Source of the DNA: an uncultured Gemmatimonadales bacterium
Lineage (GTDB): Bacteria; Gemmatimonadota; Gemmatimonadetes; Longimicrobiales; RSA9
Assembly (NCBI GenBank): GCA_963708135.1
Contig: OY970192.1
Span: forward strand, 2,400,001-2,464,000
Direction: 5' to 3'
Length of the DNA: 64,000 nucleotides
The notes beneath the pieces were generated by a model. The model was not told the DNA's origin and made no database searches. It saw only the letters and a list, made by a program, of their open reading frames with translations. The position numbers were made by a program, and so were the translations under genes. Below, one piece after another: positions 9,693 to 19,330 of this stretch; the stretch's first letter is position 1; each line of letters opens with the position of its first letter.

Positions 9693-9788
9693 GTGTACCT
9701 CCCCCTCTATCAGGGATGCCCGGCTTGCCGGGATACGAGAACGTCCTGCGCCGCGCCGCCCTCCTCACTCCGGGCGCGCGCGCCGTGC

Positions 9789-10424
9789 TTACTTCGAGTA
9801 GAGCTCCACGATCAGCTGCTCCTGGACCGCCAGCGGAATGTCCGCGCGGCCCGGGCGCTCGAGCATCCGCCCCGTGCGCGTGCCCCCATCCACGGCCAGC
9901 CAGCGTACGGTGTCGGGACGCGTCTTCGACTCCAGCGAGGCCTGCACCGGCAGGATGTCCTTCGAGCCGGGGGCGATGCGCACCTCGTCACCCGGATACA
10001 CCTCCGCGCTCGGCACGTCGAGGCGCCGGCCGTTCACCTCCACGTGGCCGTGGCGCACGAGCTGTCGCGCCTGGCTCCGGCTCGCGCCGAACCCCATGCG
10101 GTAAACGACGTTGTCGAGCCGCAACTCGAGGCCGACGAGCAGGTTCTCGCCCGTCACGCCCGCCTGCTTCGCGGCTCCCTCGAACAGATTCTTGAAGTAG
10201 CGCTCCGACACGCCGTAGATACGCTTGACCTTCTGCTTCTCACGCAGCTGCAGCGCGTAGTCCGACGTCTTGCGGCGGCGCGCCTGCGTCTGGCCGTGCT
10301 GCCCAGGCGCATAGTTGCGCCGCTCGATCGGGCACTTCTCCGTGTAGCACTTGGTTCCCTTCAGGAACAGCTTCTGCCCCTCGCGGCGGCAGAGCTTGCA
10401 GACCGGACCGGTATAGCGGGCCAT
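9789..10424 (-). CDS. rpsD: 30S ribosomal protein S4
   Basis: MARYTGPVCKLCRREG...LIVELYSK. Confidence 0.98.
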   Translation of the reverse strand: MARYTGPVCKLCRREGQKLFLKGTKCYTEKCPIERRNYAPGQHGQTQARRRKTSDYALQLREKQKVKRIYGVSERYFKNLFEGAAKQAGVTGENLLVGLELRLDNVVYRMGFGASRSQARQLVRHGHVEVNGRRLDVPSAEVYPGDEVRIAPGSKDILPVQASLESKTRPDTVRWLAVDGGTRTGRMLERPGRADIPLAVQEQLIVELYSK

Positions 10425-10518
10425 GAACCGTCTTCTCCTTTGTCGTCTCGAGCCATCGTTCGCTTCAGGCTTCTTCCCGCCCGACGGTTCGTGGCGGTTT
10501 ACACCCGGTCCAGCGTGC

Positions 10519-10914
10519 CTAGACTCGCCGCTTCTTCGGCGGCCGGCAGCCGTTGTGCGGGATCGGCGTCACATCCCGGATCGACTTCACCTGGAGTCCC
10601 GCCGCCGCCAGCGCCTGGATCGCCGACTCGCGGCCGCTCCCCGGACCCTGCACCCGCACATGCACCCGCCTCATCCCCAGATTGGCCGCCTCCCGCCCGC
10701 ACTGCTCGGCCGCCACCGTGGCGGCGAACGGCGTGGACTTCTTCGACCCCTTGAAGCCCGCCTTCCCGGCGCTGCCCCACACCACCACGCCTCCGCTCAT
10801 GTCCGTGATCGTCACGAGCGTGTTGTTGAACGTGGCCTTGATGTGGGCGATGCCCTCCGCCTCGACGTGCTTCCGCGCCCGCTTGGTCCGGGCACCCTTC
10901 TTCGGATTGGCCAT
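10519..10914 (-). CDS. rpsK: 30S ribosomal protein S11
   Basis: [27 protein letters not shown]. Confidence 0.98.
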   Translation of the reverse strand: MANPKKGARTKRARKHVEAEGIAHIKATFNNTLVTITDMSGGVVVWGSAGKAGFKGSKKSTPFAATVAAEQCGREAANLGMRRVHVRVQGPGSGRESAIQALAAAGLQVKSIRDVTPIPHNGCRPPKKRRV

Positions 10915-10979
10915 CGAATGCCTTCCGCGACTGTTGGATCGTGAACGTGCGCACGTGCGCGCCCGCACGCGCCTCCGTT

Positions 10980-11360
10980 CTACTTCTTCGGCGCCTTCTT
11001 CTTGCCCGCGATCGCCCGCCGCGCGCCCTTGTGCGTGCGCGCGTTCGTGTGCGTGCGCTGGCCCCGCACCGGCAGGCCGCGCCGGTGCCGCAGCCCCCGG
11101 TAGCAGCCGATGTCCATGAGCCGCTTGATGTTCATGGACACTTCCGTGCGCAGCGCGCCCTCCACCTTGTGCTGGCTCTCGATCACGCGCCGCAGCCGAT
11201 TGACCTCCTCGTCCGACAGCTCGTGCACGCGCCGGTCCGGGTTCACCGCCGTCTGCGCGAGGATCTTCGTCGCCGTCGAGGCGCCGATTCCGAAGATGTA
11301 GGTGAGCGCGACCTCGATGCGCTTGTTGCGCGGCAGGTCCACGCCTGCGATTCGTGCCAT
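10980..11360 (-). CDS. rpsM: 30S ribosomal protein S13
   Basis: [10 protein letters not shown]...[15 protein letters not shown]. Confidence 0.98.
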   Translation of the reverse strand: MARIAGVDLPRNKRIEVALTYIFGIGASTATKILAQTAVNPDRRVHELSDEEVNRLRRVIESQHKVEGALRTEVSMNIKRLMDIGCYRGLRHRRGLPVRGQRTHTNARTHKGARRAIAGKKKAPKK

Positions 11361-11364
11361 ACGG

Positions 11365-11481
11365 TTACCCCTGCCGCTGCTTGTGGCGCGGATTCTTCTT
11401 GCAGATGATGCGCACGACGCCGGCGCGGCGGATCACCTTGCAGTGCTCGCAGATCGGTTTGACGCTGCTACGGACCTTCAT
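11365..11481 (-). CDS. rpmJ: 50S ribosomal protein L36
   Basis: Manual translation [38 protein letters not shown] (below ORF-track cutoff). Confidence 0.96.
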   Translation of the reverse strand: MKVRSSVKPICEHCKVIRRAGVVRIICKKNPRHKQRQG

Positions 11482-11519
11482 GGCGCCTCGCCATGTGTAG
11501 GGTTACTGGACAGCTTTGT

Positions 11520-11548
11520 AATATACCCCTTCGTTCCCGCCGGATCAA
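11520..11548 (-). promoter_or_regulatory. Sigma70-type promoter for rpmJ-alpha operon
   Basis: TTGATC-17 nt-TATATT, -35 overlapping the map stop codon. Confidence 0.7.
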
Positions 11549-12309
11549 GGGCGCCCGGGCAGGGCCGTCAGCACCTTCGGGCCGTCCGCCTGGACCGCCA
11601 CGGTGTGCTCGAAGTGGGCGCTGCGCTTGCGGTCGGCGGTGACCACCGTCCAGCGGTCGGAGAGCGTGCGGACGGCGGCCTGCCCCTGGTTGACCATCGG
11701 CTCAATGGCGATGACGAGGCCGGCCTCGAGGCGCAGGCCGCGGCCGGCGTGGCCGAAGTTCGGCACGTTCGGCTCCTCGTGGGGGGAGCGCCCGATGCCG
11801 TGGCCGACGAGGTCGCGGACGACGCTGAAGCCGGCCTGCTCGGCGGTCGCCTGGACGGCGGCGCCGATGTCGCCGATGCGGTTGCCGGGGAGCGCGTGGG
11901 CGATGCCGCGGCGGAGCGCCTCCTGGGTGATGTCGAGGAGGCGCCGGGACTCGGCGTCCACCTCCCCCACGGGATAGGTGCGGGCGGCGTCGGCGTACCA
12001 GCCCTCGAGGCGCACGCCGGCATCGACACTGACGAGGTCGCCGGCGGCGAGCCTGCGGCGGCGGCTGGGGATGCCGTGGACGACCTCCTGGTTGACCGAG
12101 ATGCAGAGACTGGCGGGAAAGCCGTAGAGGCCCTTGAAGGCGGGCTCGGCGCCGGGGTGTGCGCGGATGAAGTCCTCGGCGAAGGCGTCGAGCTCGGCGG
12201 TCGTCACGTCGGGGCGGATCTCATCGGGGAGCGTCTCGAAGAGCCGGGCGAGGATGACGCCCGCGCGGGCGATGGCCTCGATCTCCTGCGGGGCCTTGAG
12301 GGAGATCAC
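11545..12309 (-). CDS. map: Methionine aminopeptidase type I
   Basis: CISVNQEVVHGIP, GHGIG, HEEP, AIEPM, SAHFEHT. Confidence 0.97.
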   Translation of the reverse strand: MISLKAPQEIEAIARAGVILARLFETLPDEIRPDVTTAELDAFAEDFIRAHPGAEPAFKGLYGFPASLCISVNQEVVHGIPSRRRRLAAGDLVSVDAGVRLEGWYADAARTYPVGEVDAESRRLLDITQEALRRGIAHALPGNRIGDIGAAVQATAEQAGFSVVRDLVGHGIGRSPHEEPNVPNFGHAGRGLRLEAGLVIAIEPMVNQGQAAVRTLSDRWTVVTADRKRSAHFEHTVAVQADGPKVLTALPGRP

Positions 12310-12953
12310 GAGGCGAGCACCCCCCCGATCGCATCCTGGACCTCCTCCACGCTGCGGTCGCCATCCACGTGGAGGACCGGCACGCCGCTATCCTCGTAGT
12401 GGGCGAGGATCGGCTCGGTCTGGGCGGCGTAGACGTCGAGGCGGCGGCGGACGGTCTCGGGCGCGTCGTCGTCGCGGCGGACGAGCGTGGCGCCACACGA
12501 GTCGCAGCGGTCCTCGACGCGGGGCGGCTCGAAGTGGACGTTGTAGACGGTCTTGCAGCCCGGGCAGGAGCGCCGGCCGGCGAGGCGCTTGACCAAGGTC
12601 TCGGAGTTGACGTCCAGGACGACGACGGCGTCGAGCGGCTTGCCGGTCTGCGCCAGGATGCCGTCCAGCGCCAGGGCCTGCGGCAGCGTGCGCGGGAAGC
12701 CGTCAAAGATGACGCCGCTCTCGGCCGCGGGGGAGGCGAGGGCCTCGCGCACGAGGCCGAGGATGACGCTGTCCGGGACGAGCTCGCCGGCGTCCATGTA
12801 GCCGCGCGCTTGCTGGCCGAGCGGCGTGCCCTGCCGCACGGCCTCGCGCAGGAGGTCGCCGGTGGAGAGGCGCAGGGCGCCGGAGCGTTCCGCGAGCAGG
12901 GCTCCCTGGGTGCCTTTTCCGGCACCGGGAGCCCCGAAGAGAATCAAGTTCAT
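12306..12953 (-). CDS. adk: Adenylate kinase
   Basis: MNLILFGAPGAGKGTQ, STGDLLR, DGFPRT, zinc lid CPGC..CDSC; ORF-track extension into the IS is spurious. Confidence 0.96.
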   Translation of the reverse strand: MNLILFGAPGAGKGTQGALLAERSGALRLSTGDLLREAVRQGTPLGQQARGYMDAGELVPDSVILGLVREALASPAAESGVIFDGFPRTLPQALALDGILAQTGKPLDAVVVLDVNSETLVKRLAGRRSCPGCKTVYNVHFEPPRVEDRCDSCGATLVRRDDDAPETVRRRLDVYAAQTEPILAHYEDSGVPVLHVDGDRSVEEVQDAIGGVLAS

Positions 12954-13005
12954 GAGCCGTTCGCCGTGTGTACGCGCGGCGCTACTGTAGCGTCCGACAA
13001 ATAGC

Positions 13006-13034
13006 TTGACACAAGGAGGCGCCGGGCGTATCCT
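13006..13034 (+). promoter_or_regulatory. Transposase promoter (sigma70), probably leaderless
   Basis: TTGACA-17 nt-TATCCT; ATG begins 7 nt after the -10. Confidence 0.7.
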
Positions 13035-13040
13035 TGCGCC

Positions 13041-14129
13041 ATGGCGCGACCTGTGTCCAAGATCGAGATCACCGACGCCGAACGGCAAGAGCTTGAGCGG
13101 CGTGTGAAGGCGCCCAGCGTGTCCAAGCGCGACAGCCTTCGTGCCGCCATCGTGCTGCGGCGCGGGCGCGGTCTCGGCCAGGTGCAGGTGGCGCGGGAGC
13201 TGGGCGTGAGCGCCGCGTGCGTCAACAAGTGGTCCCAACGCTTCGAGCGCGAAGGCCTGGACGGCCTGAAGGATCGAAAAGGACGGGGCCGGCGCCCCTC
13301 GATCCCGGCGCACAAGGTGGAGCAGGTCATCACGCGGGCGACTCGGCCGCCCAAGCCGTGCACGCGTTGGAGTGTGCGCACAATGGCCCGTGAGGTCGGG
13401 ATCTCGCCGGACAGCGTGCACCGGATCTGGCGGGCAAACGAGATCAAGCCGCACCTGACGCAGACGTTCAAGCTGTCGAACGATCCGCGCTTCGAGGAGA
13501 AGTTCTGGGACGTGATCGGGCTGTATCTCGATCCGCCCGAGAGGGCGCTGGTCCTGTGTTGTGACGAGAAGAGCCAGTGCCAGGCCTTGGAGCGCACCCA
13601 ACCGGGCTTACCCCTCGGCGTCGGGGAGATTCGCACCAAGACCCACGACTACACCCGCCACGGCACCATCACGCTGTTTGCTGCACTGAACTACCTCGAC
13701 GGCAAATTGATCGCGCGCACGGAAGAGCGTCACACGCACGTCGAGTGGCTTCGCTTCCTCAAGCAGATCGATCGGGAGACGCCCAAGGATCTCGATCTAC
13801 ACCTCGTCGTGGACAATTACTGCACGCACAAGCAAGAGAGCGTAACCCAGTGGCTTGCGAAGCATCCGCGCTTCCACCTTCACTTCACGCCGACCAGCTC
13901 GTCCTGGTTGAATCTCGTCGAGCGCTTCTTCGGAGAGCTGACGCAGGACGTGATTCGGGAGGGCAGCTTCTCCAGCGTACGCGAGCTGGTGAGTGACATC
14001 GAGAGCTACTTGGCCGAACGAAAGCTCCATCCCAAGCCGTACCGGTGGCGAGCCAAAGGCGAGGACATCTTGCGCAAGATCCAGCGTGCACGCGAGGCGC
14101 TCACCGCAGTACGCTCGGAGTCTTGTTAA
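13041..14129 (+). CDS. IS630 family DDE transposase
   Basis: N-terminal HTH, CCDEKSQ, THDYTRHGT, VVDNYCTHK, FTPTSSSWLNLVERFF. Confidence 0.96.
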   Translation: MARPVSKIEITDAERQELERRVKAPSVSKRDSLRAAIVLRRGRGLGQVQVARELGVSAACVNKWSQRFEREGLDGLKDRKGRGRRPSIPAHKVEQVITRATRPPKPCTRWSVRTMAREVGISPDSVHRIWRANEIKPHLTQTFKLSNDPRFEEKFWDVIGLYLDPPERALVLCCDEKSQCQALERTQPGLPLGVGEIRTKTHDYTRHGTITLFAALNYLDGKLIARTEERHTHVEWLRFLKQIDRETPKDLDLHLVVDNYCTHKQESVTQWLAKHPRFHLHFTPTSSSWLNLVERFFGELTQDVIREGSFSSVRELVSDIESYLAERKLHPKPYRWRAKGEDILRKIQRAREALTAVRSESC

Positions 14130-14154
14130 ATCAACTCAATTGGCAGACACTACA

Positions 14155-15468
14155 CTACATGTATCGCTGCCGGCCGCGGAACCGAACGCGGCCCTTCTTC
14201 ATGAAGCCCTCGTAGTGGCGCAGCAGGAGGTGCTGCTGCATCTGCTGTACGGTGTCGAGGGCGACGCCGACGACGATGAGCAGCGAGGTGCCGCCGAAGA
14301 GGAAGAGCTGGGCTCCCAGCGCCTGACTGACCCAGAACGGGAGCAGCGCGATCAGGGCCAGGTAGATGGAGCCGGGCAGCGTGATCCGGCTGAGCACGTA
14401 GTCGATGTACTCGACCGTGCGCGCCCCCGGCTTCACGCCGGGAATGAAGGCCCCCTGCTTCTTGAGGTTGTCCGCCAGATCGACCGGATTGAAGATGATC
14501 GCCGTGTAGAAGTAGGTGAAGAAGACGATCAGGATCGAGTAGGCGAGGTAGTAGCCGGGCGTGCCGACCTGCACGTAATCGGCGATCATCTTCAGGAACG
14601 GCACGTTGGCGAAGGTGGCGGCCGTCGTCGGCACGATGATGATCGACTGCGCGAAGATGATCGGCATCACGCCGGCCGAGTTGATGCGCAGCGGGATGAA
14701 GCTCTTCTGGCCCTCGCGGATCCGGCCTCGTCCCATGACCTTGCGCGGGATCTGGACGGGGATCTTGCGGGCGGCCATGGTCATGGCGACCACACCGGCC
14801 ACCACCCCGATCATGAGCAGGACGATCATTACCAGGGCCGGAATGCTGATGACGCTGGTGGTCACCGCCTCCCAGGTACGGGCGAGGGCGGAGGGGAAGC
14901 GGTCGATGATGTTGAAGAAGATCAGCAGCGACATGCCGTTGCCGATCCCCCGCTCGGTAATCATCTCCCCGAGCCACATGACGAAGACCGCGCCGCTGGT
15001 CATGATCAGCGCAGTGCTGATCATGAAGCTGAAGCCGGGGTAGCGCACCGCCCCCTGCATGCTCTGCAGGAACACCGCGTAGCCCCACGCCTGAAGGAAG
15101 GAGAGGGCGACGGTGGCGTAGCGGGTCCACTGCGTGAGCTTCTTCCGCCCGTCCTCGCCCTCCTTCTGCATCTTCTCGACCGTCGGGAAGACGGCCGCCA
15201 GCAGCTGGAACATGATGCTGGCGGAGATATACGGCATGATGCCGAGGGAGAAGATGGTCGCCCGCTGCAGGGCGCCGCCGACGAAGAGGTCGTAGAGGCC
15301 GAGCACGGTGCCCTGGAGCTGGCCGAACTGCTGCTGCAGCACGCCCACGTCGAGGCCCGGCGCGGTGATGTGGGCGCCGATGCGGTAGACGAAGAGCGCC
15401 AGGAGGGTGAAGAGGATCTTCTCCTTCAGCTCCGGGATCTTCCAGAGGTTGGGAATCGGGTTGGCCAT
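14155..15468 (-). CDS. secY: Preprotein translocase SecY
   Basis: LGIMPYISASI, ITERGIGNG, AGVMPIIFA, FIPGVKPG, GGTSLLIVVGV. Confidence 0.98.
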   Translation of the reverse strand: MANPIPNLWKIPELKEKILFTLLALFVYRIGAHITAPGLDVGVLQQQFGQLQGTVLGLYDLFVGGALQRATIFSLGIMPYISASIMFQLLAAVFPTVEKMQKEGEDGRKKLTQWTRYATVALSFLQAWGYAVFLQSMQGAVRYPGFSFMISTALIMTSGAVFVMWLGEMITERGIGNGMSLLIFFNIIDRFPSALARTWEAVTTSVISIPALVMIVLLMIGVVAGVVAMTMAARKIPVQIPRKVMGRGRIREGQKSFIPLRINSAGVMPIIFAQSIIIVPTTAATFANVPFLKMIADYVQVGTPGYYLAYSILIVFFTYFYTAIIFNPVDLADNLKKQGAFIPGVKPGARTVEYIDYVLSRITLPGSIYLALIALLPFWVSQALGAQLFLFGGTSLLIVVGVALDTVQQMQQHLLLRHYEGFMKKGRVRFRGRQRYM

Positions 15469-15472
15469 GCGC

Positions 15473-15925
15473 TCAGCTCTCCAGCAGCTCGACCGCGCCG
15501 CCCGCGGCCTCGATCTTGGCGCGGGCGCTCGCGCTCACGGCGTGGGTCCGAACGGTGAGCTTGCGGTCGATGTCGCCATCTCCAAGAAGCTTGATGGGCA
15601 GCTTCGAGCCCCTGCTGACGAGGCCGCTCGCGCCGAGGGTCTCGGGCGTGACCTCGTCGCCGTCGATGCGGCCGAGGTCGCGCAGGTTGACGACCGCGTA
15701 CTCCGTGCGGAACCGATTCGTGAAGCCGCGCTTCGGGACGCGCCGCTGGAGCGGCATCTGTCCCCCCTCGAACCAGGAGGGCATGCCGTGATGGCCGGTG
15801 CGGGCCTTCTGGCCCTTGTGACCCTTGCCGGCGGTCTTGCCCTTCCCCGAGCCGGGGCCGCGGCCGATGCGCTTGCGGCGGCGGTTGGCGCCGTCCGGGC
15901 TGCGCAGATTGCTGAGGTCCGTCAT
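15473..15925 (-). CDS. rplO: 50S ribosomal protein L15
   Basis: [27 protein letters not shown]. Confidence 0.98.
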   Translation of the reverse strand: MTDLSNLRSPDGANRRRKRIGRGPGSGKGKTAGKGHKGQKARTGHHGMPSWFEGGQMPLQRRVPKRGFTNRFRTEYAVVNLRDLGRIDGDEVTPETLGASGLVSRGSKLPIKLLGDGDIDRKLTVRTHAVSASARAKIEAAGGAVELLES

Positions 15926-16149
15926 TTCTGCTCCTCGCCTGCCTCGACCTCCTGGACGGCCACCAGGTGCTGGACCTGGAAGAGCATGCCCCGGATCGCG
16001 GGCGTATCCGTCTGAATGACCGACTGCTGATGCCGCCGCAGCCCGAGCGCACGCAGCGTCGCCCGATGCTTGCCCGGGCGACCGTTCCCGCTCCTGACCT
16101 GCGTGATCCTCAGCTTCCGCGGCGCGTCGGCCTCTTTCTTCCTAGCCAC
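15922..16149 (-). CDS. rpmD: 50S ribosomal protein L30
   Basis: LRITQVRS...TLRALGLRR...AIRGM. Confidence 0.95.
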   Translation of the reverse strand: MARKKEADAPRKLRITQVRSGNGRPGKHRATLRALGLRRHQQSVIQTDTPAIRGMLFQVQHLVAVQEVEAGEEQK

Positions 16150-16675
16150 GGCGTACCCCCAGCTCCTGGACGGTGATCCCTCGCTCCGCGGCCACCTGCT
16201 CGGCCGTCACCAGCTCCGTCAGACCGTTGAACGTGGCGCGGGCGACATTGATCGGGTTGTCCGAGCCGAGGCTCTTCGTGAGCACGTCGCTGATGCCGAC
16301 GGCCTCCAGCACGGCGCGCACGGGACCGCCCGCGATCACGCCCGTTCCGGCGCCGGCCGGCTTCAGCAGCACCCGGGCCGAGCCCTGCCTGCCGATGATC
16401 TCGTGCGGTATGGTTCCGGACTGCACCGGCACCTCGACCATGCCGCGCCGCGCCTGCTCGAGCCCCTTCCGGATCGCCTCCGCGACCTCGTTCGCCTTGC
16501 CGAGCGCGAGGCCGACCTTGCCCTTCTTGTCCCCCACCGCCACCAGCGCGGTGAAAGAGAAGCGCCGGCCGCCTTTCACGACCTTTGCGACGCGATTGAC
16601 GAACACGACGTTCTCGACGAGGTCCGACTGCTCCCGCCCCCGCCGGCCGCCCCCGCCTCTCTGGTCTCTAGCCAT
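16142..16675 (-). CDS. rpsE: 30S ribosomal protein S5
   Basis: [24 protein letters not shown]. Confidence 0.98.
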   Translation of the reverse strand: MARDQRGGGGRRGREQSDLVENVVFVNRVAKVVKGGRRFSFTALVAVGDKKGKVGLALGKANEVAEAIRKGLEQARRGMVEVPVQSGTIPHEIIGRQGSARVLLKPAGAGTGVIAGGPVRAVLEAVGISDVLTKSLGSDNPINVARATFNGLTELVTAEQVAAERGITVQELGVRRG

Positions 16676-16711
16676 TCCGCTGCCTCTCCATTCGCGATGC
16701 GGGCACAGCCC

Positions 16712-17098
16712 TCAGAACTCCAGGCCGCCCTCGCGGGCGCCTTCCGCGAAAGCGGCGATGCGCCCGTGGTACAGGTAGCCGCCGCGATCGAACACGACGC
16801 CCGTGATCCCGGCCGCCTTCGCGCGCTCCGCCAGCAGGCGGCCGGCAGCGCGGCTTGCGGCGGTCTTGCTCAGCTCCTCCTCCTCGCCCTGCCGCTCGCG
16901 CAGCTCCGGCGCGAGGGTGGAAACGCCGAGGAGCATCTTGCCGCTGACGTCGTCCGTCAGGTGGCCCTGCATGTTTTTCAGCGAGCGGTGCACGACGAGG
17001 CGCGGCCGGTCCGCCGTGCCCTCGACCTTGCGGCGGACGCGGCGGTGCCTGCGCAGCCGCTGCTGCTCGCGATCTCTCGACTTCTGTCTGAATGCCAT
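16712..17098 (-). CDS. rplR: 50S ribosomal protein L18
   Basis: [30 protein letters not shown]. Confidence 0.97.
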   Translation of the reverse strand: MAFRQKSRDREQQRLRRHRRVRRKVEGTADRPRLVVHRSLKNMQGHLTDDVSGKMLLGVSTLAPELRERQGEEEELSKTAASRAAGRLLAERAKAAGITGVVFDRGGYLYHGRIAAFAEGAREGGLEF

Positions 17099-17114
17099 GG
17101 TCCGTGTCCCCGGG

Positions 17115-17654
17115 CTACTTGGCGCCCGCCTTGCCGGCCTTGCGCCGGACTTGCTCACCCTGATAGCGGATCCCCTTGCCCTTGTAGGGCTCCGGCGGCC
17201 GAACCGCCCGGATCTCCGCCGCGACCTGTCCAACCTTTTCCTTGTCGATCCCCTCGACCAGCACCGTTGTCGGGGTGGGCGCCGTGAGCGAGATCCCCGC
17301 CGGCTCCGGGTATACGACGGTATGCGAGTAGCCCACGCTCAGGACCAGCGTGCCACCCTTCTTCTCCGCCCGGTAGCCGACGCCGATGATCTCGAGCGCG
17401 CGCCGGAAGCCGGCGGAGACGCCCTGCACCATGTTGGCGAGGAGCGCCCGCGTGAGGCCGTGCAGGGCGCGGTGCATCGTCTCGTCCGACGGCCGCTCGA
17501 CGAGGACCTGCCCGTCCTCGATCCGGATCGTCATCTCGGAGCGGAAGGTGCGCTCGAGCTCGCCCTTTGGCCCCTTCACCCGGACCGTCGCGCCGTCCAC
17601 GCTCACCGTGACACCGCTCGGGATCGGGATCGGCTTCTTGCCAATGCGTGACAT
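17115..17654 (-). CDS. rplF: 50S ribosomal protein L6
   Basis: MSRIGKKPI...[11 protein letters not shown]. Confidence 0.98.
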   Translation of the reverse strand: MSRIGKKPIPIPSGVTVSVDGATVRVKGPKGELERTFRSEMTIRIEDGQVLVERPSDETMHRALHGLTRALLANMVQGVSAGFRRALEIIGVGYRAEKKGGTLVLSVGYSHTVVYPEPAGISLTAPTPTTVLVEGIDKEKVGQVAAEIRAVRPPEPYKGKGIRYQGEQVRRKAGKAGAK

Positions 17655-17670
17655 CAGTTCGTCTCTCCGC

Positions 17671-18063
17671 TCACCAGACCAGCGCCATGACTTCGCCACC
17701 CACGTTGCGGGCGCGCGCCTCCTTGTCCGACATGAGACCCTGCGGCGTGGAGACGATCGCGATGCCCAGGCCGCCGCGGACGCGCGGCAGCGCCGAGGCG
17801 CCGGAATAGGCGCGCCTGCCCGGGCGCGAGATGCGCTGCAGGTTCCGGATCACGGGCCGGTCCTCGTAGTACTTGAGGTAAAGGCGGAGCACGCCGTGAC
17901 GCCCGTCATCCAGCAGCTTGTAGTCGTGGATGAAGTGGTGCTCCTTGAGGACGCGCGCGATCTCGGTCTTGAGCTTGGAGGGAGGCACATCCACGCGGCG
18001 GTGCCGCGCCCCCCCTGCGTTGCGGATGCGCGTGAGCATGTCCGCGACAGGGTCCGTCATCAT
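17671..18063 (-). CDS. rpsH: 30S ribosomal protein S8
   Basis: [28 protein letters not shown]. Confidence 0.98.
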   Translation of the reverse strand: MMTDPVADMLTRIRNAGGARHRRVDVPPSKLKTEIARVLKEHHFIHDYKLLDDGRHGVLRLYLKYYEDRPVIRNLQRISRPGRRAYSGASALPRVRGGLGIAIVSTPQGLMSDKEARARNVGGEVMALVW

Positions 18064-18075
18064 GTCGGTGATCTC

Positions 18076-18110
18076 TCCTATAGTATCCGGTCGCTGCCGG
18101 ACTTGTAGGA
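18076..18110 (-). promoter_or_regulatory. Putative S8-binding mRNA hairpin (16S helix-21 mimic) overlapping rpsH RBS
   Basis: UCCUAC-AAGUC-CGG-CAGCGA-CCG-GAUACU-AUAGGA; 3' arm contains the AGGA of the SD. Confidence 0.7.
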
Positions 18111-18127
18111 ACTGGGGAATCCAGCTC

Positions 18128-18313
18128 TTACCAGCTCGCCTTGCGAACGCCCGGGATCTCGCCGCGCAGCGACATCTCGCGGAAGCAGATACGGCACAGC
18201 CCGAACTTGCGGATGAAGGCCCGCGGCCGGCCGCAACGGGTGCAGCGGTTGCGGGTGCGGACGCCGAACTTCGGCTTGCGCCGCGACTTCTCGATGAGCG
18301 CCTTTCTGGCCAT
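18128..18313 (-). CDS. rpsN: 30S ribosomal protein S14 (zinc-binding type Z)
   Basis: 61 aa, [16 protein letters not shown]. Confidence 0.97.
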   Translation of the reverse strand: MARKALIEKSRRKPKFGVRTRNRCTRCGRPRAFIRKFGLCRICFREMSLRGEIPGVRKASW

Positions 18314-18342
18314 GTTCCTCTCGTCTCGGTGTGGCGGCGCGC

Positions 18343-18933
18343 TCAGACGGCCGCGCCGCTCAGCTCTTCGCCGGACACGATGACGGGCGTGCCGCCCCGG
18401 AACGGCATTCCCAGCTCGCGCAGCAGGGCGAACGCCTCGTCGTCCTTGTCGGTCGTGCTGACCATGACGATGTCCATCCCGTGCACCTGCGCGACCTTGT
18501 CGTACTCGATCTCGGGGAAGATGAGCTGCTCCTTGACCCCGAGGTTGTAGTTGCCGCGGCCGTCGAAGGAGCGCGTCGGCAGGCCGCGGAAATCACGGAT
18601 CCGCGGTATGGCCACGTTGATGAGCCGGTCCAGGAACTCATACATCCTGGGGCCACGCAGCGTGACCATGGCACCAATGGGCATTCCCTGCCGGATGCCG
18701 AAGTTGGAGATCGCCTTCCGCGCCCGCGTCACGACCGGCTTCTGGCCGGTGATCATTCCCAGCTCCTCGAGCACCGACTCGAGCAGCTTCGGGTTCTTCG
18801 GCGCCTCGCCGACGCCAACGTTCAGAACCACCTTCTCGATGCGCGGGACCCGCAGCGGGTTGTCGAAGCCGAATTCCTCCATGAGCTTCGGCTGGATCCG
18901 CTCCTCATAGTACTTCTGCAGTCTGGGCTTCAT
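18343..18933 (-). CDS. rplE: 50S ribosomal protein L5
   Basis: [22 protein letters not shown]. Confidence 0.98.
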   Translation of the reverse strand: MKPRLQKYYEERIQPKLMEEFGFDNPLRVPRIEKVVLNVGVGEAPKNPKLLESVLEELGMITGQKPVVTRARKAISNFGIRQGMPIGAMVTLRGPRMYEFLDRLINVAIPRIRDFRGLPTRSFDGRGNYNLGVKEQLIFPEIEYDKVAQVHGMDIVMVSTTDKDDEAFALLRELGMPFRGGTPVIVSGEELSGAAV

Positions 18934-18946
18934 CTGCTCCCGTTCC

Positions 18947-19330
18947 TTAGCCCTGCGGCTTCGGGATGGCGTTGCCGCTCTTGGCCGCGATCCGCTCCTT
19001 GGTGCCGCCCTCGTCGATGTGCGCGCGTGTCCGGGTCGGATCGCCGCTCTTCGGGTCGAGCAGCATCACGTTGGAGGCATGGATCGGCGCCTCGAAGGTG
19101 ATGATGCCGCCCTCCGGGTTGGCATCGCTGGGCCGGGTGTGCCGCTTGCGCAGGTTCACGCCCTCCACGACCACCCGATTCTCCTTGGCCAGGACGCGCA
19201 GGATCGTGCCCTCCATGCCGGCGTGGTTGCCTCGCGTCACGCGCACATGATCGCCGCGGCGCACGTGCATCTTCTGGCGCTTCTTCTGACTGTGGCGGGC
19301 GGTGCCCATGCCCATGACCATGCGGGTCAT
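18947..19330 (-). CDS. rplX: 50S ribosomal protein L24
   Basis: [22 protein letters not shown]; start could be 19270. Confidence 0.95.
   Translation of the reverse strand: MTRMVMGMGTARHSQKKRQKMHVRRGDHVRVTRGNHAGMEGTILRVLAKENRVVVEGVNLRKRHTRPSDANPEGGIITFEAPIHASNVMLLDPKSGDPTRTRAHIDEGGTKERIAAKSGNAIPKPQG

Larger units (their letters stand above)
12988..14152 (+). mobile_element. IS630-family insertion sequence (coordinates include duplicated TA)
   Basis: Imperfect terminal IRs TA-GCGTCCGACAA / TTGGCAGACAC-TA; single transposase ORF; lower GC than flanks; alternative outer boundary 12983..14157. Confidence 0.92.

Noticed and set aside
12306..13601. 431-aa ORF fusing IS antisense frame to adk
   Set aside because: Open antisense frames are common at high GC; adk has its normal MNLIL start at 12953
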